64,000 bases of DNA, taken from Phoronis australis (lineage: Eukaryota > Animalia > Phoronida). The number at the start of each line of letters is the position of its first letter. Positions within the stretch are counted from its first letter, which is position 1. The DNA lies in contig NMRA01000384.1 of assembly GCA_002633005.1 (NCBI GenBank), forward strand, positions 225,504 to 289,503. Reading direction: 5' to 3'. The notes beneath the pieces were generated by a model. It was not told the DNA's origin. It worked only from the letters and a program-made list of their open reading frames with translations, and did not search any database. This document shows, one piece after another, positions 50,301 through 62,300 of this stretch. The translations under genes were made by a program, and so were the position numbers.

Positions 50301-53300
50301 GGCATTCGACATATTTTGCGCCATTTTCAAAGCTAATGAACACTCCGTTTGCGGCGCGGCCGTGGGTGCATTTCAACGCTCTGTGTTGCTGTTGTTAGTT
50401 TAGTCAGGTATTTAATATCATTGTTACAATTACCATAGATTTTGTCGTGCGTTCAGAATAAAACATTTTGGTATATTGTAATTAAGGCTTTCAAGTTGTT
50501 CTCTTTAGACACAATTTTGATTGTAATACAAGTACTATTATTAATTGCCACTGTAGACACTTTTATAGTTTCTGTTGTTCATTGTCATGTGTTTTTGGTT
50601 TGAAAACTATCACGTTAAATCCAGTATGCAGCTGATTCTGTATTTTCTTGTTTTAACAAGTGGGCATGCAATAAAAATTATTTGCCAAGGACATTTCTGC
50701 ATTAAATCGTTCATGCCACAGTTCAAGTATGTTGTAGTCTTGAAGCAATCTTTTTTTCAGGTGGTTCGCAGAAACTTCTTTATAATCCCATGAAGATGTT
50801 TGCGGCAACTGAGCTTGCAGCAATGTGTGCAGCTGGGTTGCAGGAACTGCTCCATACAAAGACATAGAGATGTTTGCAGCAAGCTTGCGGCCAACTTCAT
50901 CTGCATGGTAAAAGTTTGCGGTAAGCATGCAGCAAGCTTAAGGTAATGTTTGCGGCTGGGTTACAATAAATTTGCATAAACTCTTTGGTCAGAGAGGATT
51001 CCATGTGTTTGCGGCTGGTTTGCAGAAGCTTTTGCAGCAAGCTTGCCGCAAAATTGCGGCAAGTGTTTGCAGGAAGGCATTTTTGGTATGGGAAATTGTA
51101 ACTATTCAAGTTAAAGGTGGTCACCATACTACATAATAGCAAACTCAACGAGTTTCCCAGATTTCAACCAATGGGAATGACTGAATGTTATGACCTCAAT
51201 TTCACATGATAAACAACATTCCGCAGTAAAAGAAAGAGTAAGTGCAACAAAGAAACGCATGAACATACCTACTGCCATATCACTGTCATGGCCTTCTGTG
51301 ACCTGTAAGAGATACATAAAGCACGTGACTGTTTTTGAATTCAGTGAAACAGTAAGTAACACGAATCAGCATTAGTGTTAATTAATATACGAAATTTAAC
51401 ACCAGCTCCTTACGAGCTTCTAGGACCGCCACACTCCCAGCTAGAATGGAGGCGTTAAGCAATTTATAACACCGATGGTGCCACAGTGACATCTCAAGAG
51501 AGAGTCATGAGATAGTCGTGGAAAGTAAACCCTTGGTTGATAGTACATGGCCATATTTTAACTGCTGTCAACAATAGATTTAAGCGTGTGCAATTTGTGC
51601 AAGCATCACAACTAGAGCAGCAGATTAATCGTGACTGCCTGGCCCCCATAGACTATTTACACAATGTTGTTTTGTTTCTAATGAATAAATGATGAAGGTA
51701 GTGTGCTCTACAAGTAGTTCACGTAAAATAACGTCACGCGCAAACATGTTTACCTTCACTATCTGCCTCGTAATGAGTTGCTTTTTGGAATAGATGGATA
51801 ACTCTATCAAAGAGTCAACAGCTGATCCAAGATGAGATTTGATAAGTAGAGGCTCCGTTCCTTCGCAGACATTCTTGTCGATACGATAGCACCCTAGATC
51901 CACTTTTACTTGTTTTCTTGAGAGGGTATCCATGAATTCCGCTTCCACATTGATCTCGGCGCCGTCCACCATTTCTCTTGGAGCTTCGCTATCACACTGA
52001 TGGCTGAATGATTCGCTACCGCTAACATTTGGACGGTGGACGAACATTTCGAACATCAGCGTCTTCTCATCTATGCTTGTTACAACAGGACAAAACATAC
52101 AATCGAATGTAGTTTTAAAAGCGGAAATGACAGAACTGAGTTGCGCAGGCGAACACCATACCACAGAGTGCTTGCCATTATTTTGAGAGACGATAACCAA
52201 TTCTTTTCCTTCTAAACGACAATTACATTCTTTGGTGATGTTTGCTACCTCATCACGATGGGTCACCAAAACGTGTATGTCATCCTCAGCATTACTGCCA
52301 CCTGGTGTTTGTTTTAGTGTCGACTCCACGTTTATTCGAATTTCGCAGGGTTCCAACGCGGTTTCGTTTTCTTCTTGAAGTACTTCAATTTTTTGCGGGT
52401 GAATGACAACGTTGGCTTCCTTGATATTTCCTTGGATGATTTGTGACGAACTTTGGTAAGTGACTGTTACGTGTGCGCTGCAGTTGGCCTTTGGTTTCAC
52501 TGTTACACCGTTACACTCAGGATAGTGATGGTTGTCATTTGGTCTAATATCCCCTAAAATAGATTTGAAATACAATGGTATCATGTTGTTCATCTTTTTA
52601 ACGGCAAGAAATCGGTTACTGGCAGTTTCATTCTTGGTCCATCCAAATTACCTATGTCTCTACTGGCGGATCAAGGAAATCGTAGGGTAGTCCAATAACA
52701 ATTTTCAAAAATACCCCAAAATGACGTGTCATGGCGTTTTTATTATTTCCTCGTCGTGTCCGATGGGGAGGGCTGTCCCATAAGTCCAGTCATGGTCTTG
52801 CTGTAAAACTGAATAACAGCTACTGGGCTACACCGCCAATTCTCGCAAATCTGTGTTTTTCAGGTTAAAGAGGAGTGAATTGTCCTCGTTGATGAACACC
52901 GCCGTTAGACAAAACTCGCTGAATAAAATAAATAGAAGTGGCCCAACTGCAATTACAGTAGTTGATTAATTTCAATCATGTACTTTCCCCCTAACCCAAT
53001 AGAGGGAGCACATAATACTACGAGCAATATTAAAGTCCTTGTCTCACGCGTTGTTAACCCTTATTACATGGTTAGAAGATGTTATAAGGATCCAAGAAGT
53101 ACCTACTCCATAACTAATACACGATCCGTACTCGAAAACAGTTTAAATGAACGCGCCACTCACGATTCGCACCCGAAGAAACACCGCCATTTTGAACTTG
53201 CCGCAAACCCGGAAGTACAATTCATTCAGGAACCCAGGCCGAGAAAACGCCGTCAGTGCGACTGGANNNNNNNNNNNNNNNNNNNNNNNNNNNNNNNNNN

Positions 53301-56300
53301 NNNNNNNNNNNNNNNNNNNNNNNNNNNNNNNNNNNNNNNNNNNNNNNNNNNNNNNNNNNNNNNNNNNNNNNNNNNNNNNNNNNNNNNNNNNNNNNNNNNN
53401 NNNNNNNNNNNNNNNNNNNNNNNNNNNNNNNNNNNNNNNNNNNNNNNNNNNNNNNNNNNNNNNNNNNNNNNNNNNNNNNNNNNNNNNNNNNNNNNNNNGT
53501 TCCTGAACTGATGAGCCGGAAATGTGGGTACGGAAATAACCGATGACAACCGGTAACCATACGCTCAGAGAGAAGGGTCAAATACTGTTACAAAATCGCT
53601 TTTGGCAAGAAAGGCGAAAAGAATATAAAGAAAGGGTGTCGAAAATAAGAATTTATGTAGTAAGTATTTTCGGATACTGGAACCACATGGGCAGTTTGCA
53701 ACAAGGAATTTAAAGTCAGCAAGTTTTTGATTCCCTACCTAAAATCGTTGATTTTGACAAGCAAAGTAGTACACTCAAGCTTGGCAACTCCACATAGTTT
53801 CAAAGGAGGGTCAATATAAACATGGTTGCTTGCTTGTAATATGACTTTCCCACTAAGATTTTTAATTTTGGCCGGCTAACTAATACAGTTAATTATTCTC
53901 GTTGTTCTCTGTATGTGACCCTGCTTTTCGTTGGCTAGTGTAAAACAGAAGTTAAACAATGAGAGTGTTGCTAAGTGAACGACCTGAAATGACCTACTTT
54001 GTTACCTCATTTTCATGAGGCAAGATTAAATAGAACACTGCTAACTTAAAAAGTTATAAGCAGTGCTGTAGTGGGGCGTAGGCGCACGTAGGCGAAGCCA
54101 ACCACGTTTTAGCATTAGGACGTAGCGCCTACGCACCGTAAGTTACGTTCAGTGCTCAAGGTGATACGGTGGGCTTTGGGCGCCCACTTACCTCTAATTT
54201 TACCACTACAGCACTGGTTATAAGCTTGGTTTATTCACAAATTTGAGCTTGGTAACTCCCCTCCCCCAAACAGTGATCAGCTTTGGGTGATGTTGTTTAC
54301 TTCTAGCATGACTTTTCCATCAAAACTTTATTTGAAAAACATTTATTTCTATGCTTCAAATTTATCCTCGACGGCACTTGTAATGGAATCTGAATGGCAA
54401 TTTTGACATTTTACTTGAACATCCCCTCTCACGCCACTCATGCGAGTCTTTGCGGATTTTTCCGGAGTGTTCTCCGAAATTTTGGTGATAAATTTTTATT
54501 GGAGTAAAGAAAGGTAACAACTCCGTAATTTTGCGTTCATGTGATTTATTTTCATGATTCTGGAAAAAATCGTAAAAATTTCTCGAATGAATGTGCCTTA
54601 TGTCGTTATGAATAGGCAAGAACTCAGATCAAAACGATAGGCGTATTGTTATCAACGACATTTATCAGTTTGAAAGCACATTGCCGAAAAATTCCTGAAT
54701 ATGCTTTTGTTTTTCGTAACTCGGGCAACGAATTTGAGGATACATTTGTACCAAGACTATGGGTTTGTTTCCTGTATAGTGATTCAAAACGCAAGTCAAA
54801 AATCTCGTCTCCCAATTTTGAATCATTACTAAAAATGGTTTAGCCATGTAAATATACATGAAAGTACACCACAGCCTCAAAATGACTCATACAAATGCAT
54901 TCTAAAAGACTTTTTGTTAAACAGAGTTATAGGTATTTTTAAGAAATATTTTTGTAAGATGAGTCATTTTTCCTAAAAAGGGCCTCATGAAAATTTCGTT
55001 TTAATTGGCACTTACATTCTCCCTCCATGTCGTCAAAGTCTTCCACTTCCGGAAGTTCTCCTTCAATGTCGTCCATCGCCTGGGAACTTTTGCGTTTCGC
55101 CTTCATATCCAGTTCATTGAAGAATGTCTGCAATATATAAAACTAAGTTTTGTACACAATATCGATAAAAAAACGGACAAAAGATATGTTTATTATTTGT
55201 GTTGAATTAAGTCCCCTGTTTACAGGGGCCTTAATCAAACATACAATTGCGTCGTGATGTCACAGTCATTCCTATTTCTAGTTTGTTATCATTACACCAT
55301 CCACAGCCAACAAAGAAATCATCGATCGAAACTTTTGGGATTTCTTTTATTTGTGTCATCTATATTGCTTTAATCATACAGATCACACTGTCTTCTAGAC
55401 CTCAACGATAAATACCTGTTTACAACCCCATCATTACGTAAGCATACAATACATGTTGGTGTCAGTTCAAAGTTAACATTGCCTGATCCTCCTAAGCTAA
55501 TTAAATCTTTAAGAATATTTCTTTAAATTTGTAGACAGCTACTTTACTGTGTAATACAAGTAATTGCTGGCATTGTCAAGTAAAATTTAAGTAAGTGATG
55601 GGAATTCTGAGTAATTTAGCTGCACACAATTTGGTTAAATCACTTGTAAAATTATTCGTTGCAACATCGAAAAAATCCATCCCGGGCTTACCTGAAACAA
55701 TTCTTCCATTTTTTCTCGCATTTTTTTGCCACTTAGCGATTTCCCACATATATCGTCAGGTGTTTGTCTGTCCTGAAAATACAAGTGAAACGCGAACAGT
55801 TGAAAAATCCTCACCACAGCACCGCAAATGGCAACCTTGTAATAGTGTTAATTAGTATCACAAAATGGCCACTACAGGTATATTGCGCAAAACACGTTGA
55901 ACCTGTCTGAAAATTGAAAGGCGACGTCTTATCCCATAGGCGGATTTAGGGGGGGGGGGGGGGNCCGTCGTCTGCTCCACTGTGCAATGAAGAAAATTTA
56001 CTTCATTTTTTAAAGAAAATGGAACCTGAGTGACGATGAAAAAACAGAAGCTGCTGGTAAGATGTGAATTTTAATCGAAGCCTTAGTGAATCACTCAGAA
56101 ACTCGCAATACTCTCTTTGTCAAACCTTATCTTAAGACGATTTCCAAAGCAATCCCGTCATTATTGCCAACACGAAAAAAGGATTTGGTCTTTTGGGCAT
56201 TTGAACACTATTTTAAATAAGACAAATTTGTTAAGAATTGATGGCACAAAATATAAAAAACGTGTAATAAGCATTACAAAAAGAAGCAGATTTCGCGCGC

Positions 56301-59300
56301 AAACGCTGTGGACCATAAATAAGTAGGTCTCTTAGAAAGAGGTTGGTAGTTAAGTTGTGGTGGTGTAGTGGTAACGCACGCGCCCTCTGTCCGCCAGGTC
56401 GTGAGTTCAAGTCTTAGGTTCTTGCAGTTTGTTCTGTTCGAAACGTTCTCCGTTTTTTTTTTATTTTTTGCCTCTTTTGTCTTCAGGAATCAAGGAAAAT
56501 GCTTGATTTTTAGATGTAAAAGCAGAAAAATTTCTTGGGTGGAAAGGGGGGTTTGCCCCCCCCCACTTCGGTGCTATGCGCATCTACAATCGTGGTTCAG
56601 TTTGCGCAAATGCTTACAGCCGGACAAAAAGTTGCCCCCCCCCCTTGTGATATCCTAGATCCGCCACTGTATCCCTAATACAAAACTATATGCCGCATTT
56701 CATGAAAAACCGAGGAGGCGCTCAAGAGATTCAAGAGCAAAGATAAAAACACACATTCCACTAATCTACTGAAGAAACAGAAGTAAAATGTAAAAACTAA
56801 AATTATCCACTGAGGGGCAAAGCTGTAACATGATCAGATCCATCGAAAAGTCGTGGCAACCGTTGTCACATTCATAGGAAAACACTTGCCACAGTTTCAC
56901 TAAGGTCCGGCCAAGGATTAATGAGTTACAGCTGTGTTCGAAAAATATGACATTGGAGGAACCACACCCGTGAACACGTCAGAAAATCAACGTCTTATAA
57001 GCAACACATCTGCCAATTTTCAAAATAATCCTTTGAGCGGTTTGGCAAATGATGATAAGGTGGCCACCAGGTGGCGCCAAATAAGTCAAATCCGTTCGAA
57101 ATGGGAAAGACATATTCTCTTCTTAATACAAAGCTATTTAACGTTGTTCTTGAAAATCCTATCAATGAACTTTTACAATACAGAGGCAAACGCAAAGAAA
57201 AAACAATTTGCCACAGGAGGAGAAAGCGGTACTCGGATCGGTCCAAAACTTGTTATCGGGTGTCTTCAGCTCCATGGAAACACATGTGACAAATTTCCTT
57301 CACTGGGCTAGAGAGAAACAGCCGCTGATGCAAACAAAAACAACATTGCACCTATAGGGGAAGAGTATTCGGACTCCTCCGAAAATCACCCTCAGTCATG
57401 GTTTTCTCATAAGGATTACAGCTGCAAATTTTCAAGTTCACTATTACTCTTTGAGCGGAATGGTGGATAAAGGGGAGGACGCCAGACTAACGGATTCAAA
57501 AATAACAAAAATTTCCACAAGGTGGAGCAAAATACGTCGAACACGGCACATCCTCGATTGACGGTGATTAAAGGAATGGGTCACGATGGATCCGCCAACG
57601 AAAAACGCAACCCTGCAGTCACAACTACGGGCTTTTGGCACTACATTAACTGGAAAATTCATAAAATTATGCATTTTAACATTTTTTACATCAAAGTGGC
57701 ATTGACAAACCAGCCTCGTCCCCCAGTCTCAAGATGTCACTGATCGGCTTAGTTTTTGAGGGCTTTAAGTGATGAAGAGGAATTTACTTGTCAGTATTCT
57801 GACGCATTTTTGCGGAACCAGTGATATTAAATTCCATGCTGGAGTATAATACAAAAAATCAAAATAAGCGGTATTTAAGCAGCAATTTAAGATTTAAATC
57901 ATTGAAAAAACGAAGCCTTCCATTCAAAAGCAGGATAATTCTTATCATGGTGCTTTCAATAAAACAGAATTGAAGATGAGAACGCGAGCACCTTTTATTT
58001 GAATTAAACAATAACAAAAATTGTAACCTCTGCTGCCGAATCACGATTGGCAGCAACAACAACGCCTCTGCAAAATAGTGAAAATTTTGCCTTTAGATTT
58101 TGTTTATTCTCTGAAAAAATAATCAAATTTATCGTATCGGCAGCGCTACTAAGGCCAAACCAAAATCTGTAAAAGCTTCAAACTGCAATAAATCAAATTA
58201 ACGTAGGTGAATCATCCCGTTGAACCAGTCACAGAACTCTATTCGGTCCACGGTTTTATCACATGGAAGTTTGAAACGTTAGCTCGCCGTGCGAGAAACC
58301 AAATAAAGAGTTCCACTGCACGAAGTTAACCGAAATTATGCTTTTCAAAAATGGCGCTGCATGGGGTTGGAAAAGTATGTAAACAAGTTCAGGAAAGAGT
58401 GTTCACACTTTGAATAAAGTCCAAATCTAATGCCAAAATGTCTTGAGTCCCTTTCATATTGACTTAACTCCTGTCTGAGAGGGGCGTCAACGTATACTAG
58501 CTGCGAAGTTAGCTGGACCGTGCATACTGTTTTAGGTAGTTAATGAACATCGAAGTAAACGGTAGGTGACGCTGTCGTCATCGAAGTTATCGCTAGGTAG
58601 CGCTGCACGCTAAGATTTTTTCAATTTGACAATTTGGGAACATTTACATGTGCTAAATGACATAAAACTTATTTTTAAATCGATTGGTGATTATTAGAGC
58701 AAAATATAAGTAACTATTAGTGACAGCACTACACTGTAATTGTTGACGGTAATAGTGGCACCCAGTGATAACTTCGATAGGACCAAAGTTAACCGTTCCT
58801 ATTTCACCGCAGCGTCGACGTTGCGCTGTTAAATCCACCTGGTAACTGCGATGGTAACTGGAACTTCGCGTCTTTTATTACAGTTTTCTACACTCTTGGA
58901 ATACCTGATTAACAACAGCTATGTCGGCGCCTTCTCTAAGTAGAATGTCTGCCACTTCTAGTTGACCAAAACGGGAAGCGTAGTGAAGAGGTGTGTTGCC
59001 CTTCTACAGAAGTTACAATTTGAAGACTATCGATCAATTTCATAAGAAGAAATCTGGATGGCTCAAAGTCATTTAGCAGGTTAAGTGATGATGACGTTTG
59101 AGCCACCAGCTTATGAAGTGAAACTGGAACCCATTTTATCAATGACCGTAAGGCCCATGCCGGTTGGCTGAAGACGGTAGTAATTTATTTGCAGACAATT
59201 TATGAATTTAGCACATTAAAAAATTGCAAAGTTTCGCTTTTCTGGAAAAAGTCAGCCTCGGGTTTCTAATAATGTGTCTGCGACAGTCTTAGTAATGATC

Positions 59301-62300
59301 GGACTTTGACAAAACGGGCCCCAATTCACAAGTGTGCAGAAGTGTCAATAAGTAGTTGTGTGATGTTCCCCCATCCTGATGTTACGCGGCCCTCGCCTTC
59401 CCTACGTGGTTCCCCAATATTTCTTTGGCCGGGTATACTTCAGCCAAGTGTTCCTTCGGCTGAATGTTCTGTGGAAGAGATGTTCTCGAACTCGAAGTTT
59501 TACTTATCGTTAGCTTAATTTCATCGTTGAAAAAGTGCAAGTTTAATGTGCAGTTATGAATGAACGCACGCATATCTTCAAAAAGATATCACTGCTGTTA
59601 CGGATGGTAGTGCTTGCGCCTAATTTACTGTGGGTCGATTCTGAGTGAATGAATATTGCTTAGAGAGAATGGAGTAAATTTTTAACGTGACCGGGTGCAC
59701 AGCTGGGTGGAGGAACATCAGTCGAAAAACAGTGAGGAGGAGAACTACGGAGGGTGGAAATACCGATTTAGACCTCTATTGACTTTCCTGAAGCACCAGC
59801 CGTGTTCGCCAATTTAGCTGACTTTGCCGACAAAGTGTCAAAATTGTTCAAAGTTTTTGGGTTGGCGGGGATAATAGAGCATTGATTTATTTCAAAATTT
59901 CAAGTTACGCGCCACCTTTGTTACTTAAGGTAGCATTTCATCTAAGGTCATTGTTGATAGTACTTCTAAGTTTTAACCTAAGAATTTTGTATTTTGAAAA
60001 CGTATTGAACGCAAGAACTAATAATGGTCACGAAAATTATACAACAATGTCAGTCGTCAGGGGACTTCATTCAATAAATTGTATTTTTACGGAGATTGTG
60101 ACTTTCTAAAACCGCTTAGAGGTGGTGTTTCAGGTGTAGACCTATATTACTCTACAAGTGCAGTCTCCATAGACAACACATAGAACGGACGCACGCGCTC
60201 CTGCCGCTGACAACTTGACGCCATATTGGAGAGTGTTTCTAGTCACGTGACACGGCTAATTGCCGTGTAAACAAACGGGGCAAATTGCCCTTTTCAAAGC
60301 GCGATATCTAACAAATAAAGAGGCCCAAGAGTGTGATTTTTTCCAGAAACATAAAAACATGTGACGTAACACTTACATGCGTTTTTAAGAGTCAATCAGT
60401 CTATAGGGAAAATATCAAACTAGTGGAAGATCGCGAGTGAGATTCTCGAGTGGCCTGAGCGGCTGCACGCTTGTCAATCCACTGCAAGCGTTTTATTTTT
60501 TCGTTTTTTCAACAGAAACCAGTAAGATCGCGCAAATTTAACATTTAATTCGTGTTGCTCGTTACAAATACATTATATCCAGGAGACGTGGTGCTCACTT
60601 GGGACGTACTTTCGTGTTGCCCCAATAGGAGACTTCTCAGTCTGAAAAATGACCCCGGGTAACTTTCTAAAATTAAAATATGACCCGGGTCGCTTTTAAT
60701 AGGGGTCTAAATTTAATGTGAACTTCTGTGAAAACTGACCTCATTGGGGTCATGTAAATGAATGACACTGAAGTTTTTAAAGTTCATTAGGGCGTTCTCC
60801 CGTTCAGTGACTTCACTAGACGGCCAGCGGTTGCGGGCGTGTCATAACATCTAGCTCCTTTGCTAATTGACCTATCGCCAGGACTTTGAGTGACAGCTTA
60901 ACTGACCATTTAGAACTCGTCATTCTTGAAACACCTTCGTTTACAAGCCGCCATTTTACCCGACAAACAACCCGTTGCCGAGTAAACCTTATTGATTGTT
61001 AGTCAACATTACGCAAGGGGGCGGAGCTTGCGATTGGTCAATTGCTGAGCACAGTCTTTTGTCTGGTAGAAAAATATGCAGTTCAGTTATCTACAAGACT
61101 TATTACCGATGACCTGTGAACACAGTCGAACCCAGTGCGTTGGTACGTTCGGATAGAATAGTTAGATTGTCTTATCTTCGACTGTAGTTGGGCGATTTTG
61201 ATGATTCAAAAACTATAAGCATGATCAGAGTATGTGATGGGGAATTCAGAAATGTCATTGGTTCATGTTCAAACATTTTATAACTTATCTCATGTTTAAA
61301 AGCACAGCCCAATGAGGCAATAAGATACATGTACGATCTCATTGGAGATTAGACCAATTATCGAACAAAAATGCTGACCCTCCATCCCCTAATTGCCAGA
61401 ATGGAATTCTGAATCGTCAGTGTACTAAGATATTGGCTACATGTGCGGTGCACCATAGGGGTCTGGGGAAGTTACAGTGTATAGCCTTCCCCCACTTTTT
61501 TCAGTCCATGCACCGTCATCCGCCCAACTTGTTGTGCTATGCAACCTAACAAATTTGAATCAAAGGGACAAGGTCGTAATGTAAAAAGCAAAGAACACAG
61601 ACTCAATTCTTTCCTGTGCATCGCTCGGGATTTTCAACATACAAATATTCTTCTCTCATGCACAGTATTCCTCTCTCACGGATCTGAAGTCCTCCCAAAC
61701 AAGCGCCAGGCACTTGTTGGCGTTTTGTAGTATCCCCATACCGCGTAATTATGTGCTCACAAAGAGATCATCCCCTCTCCCACACATTATTTCGTATCGT
61801 TCCTATCCATCCCCGCCCTTAATCAGATATACACAGAGCGCACTCTGCCGAAAAATTTTAAACAAATTCTTCTCTCAAGCACGCTTGGCCTTCTCATGGT
61901 ATCAAATTTGACTTTGATAGTAAGAAAACGCGGCTGCGATCGGAAGATTCTTAACATGTGGCCAAGTATTTTGGATTAGTCTTCATGCAGTTCAGTAGTT
62001 AGATATCATATCCTGGCACGAGCAGTGCAAAAATCGCCAGAACAGCCAATTTGGGCAACTGAATGAAGGGTGACTGTTAGAAATATAGTGATTGTTTTCG
62101 CTTCAACCCAAATCCCCCACACCATATTCCTGGTCTGCACGCCGTTCAGTACTTTCACTCCCTAATTGCGTCATTCATTGAAAACGCAAAATTGTCCTTG
62201 CCGCGCACCAACTCAGGTGACCCCCAGACCTAAACATCAGCGTATCGAACATTGTTGAAAGATCGCCAATTGCGGGTAACCTGCTTATCCTAATCCCCTG

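Noticed and set aside
52978-53581. Several ORFs of 96-177 aa
   Set aside because: They are inflated by the N-gap and show no recognisable motif.
54362-54880. Possible additional gene A exon
   Set aside because: The acceptor at 54772 gives an immediate TGA when joined to the phase-1 exon upstream, whereas 55016->52553 joins cleanly.
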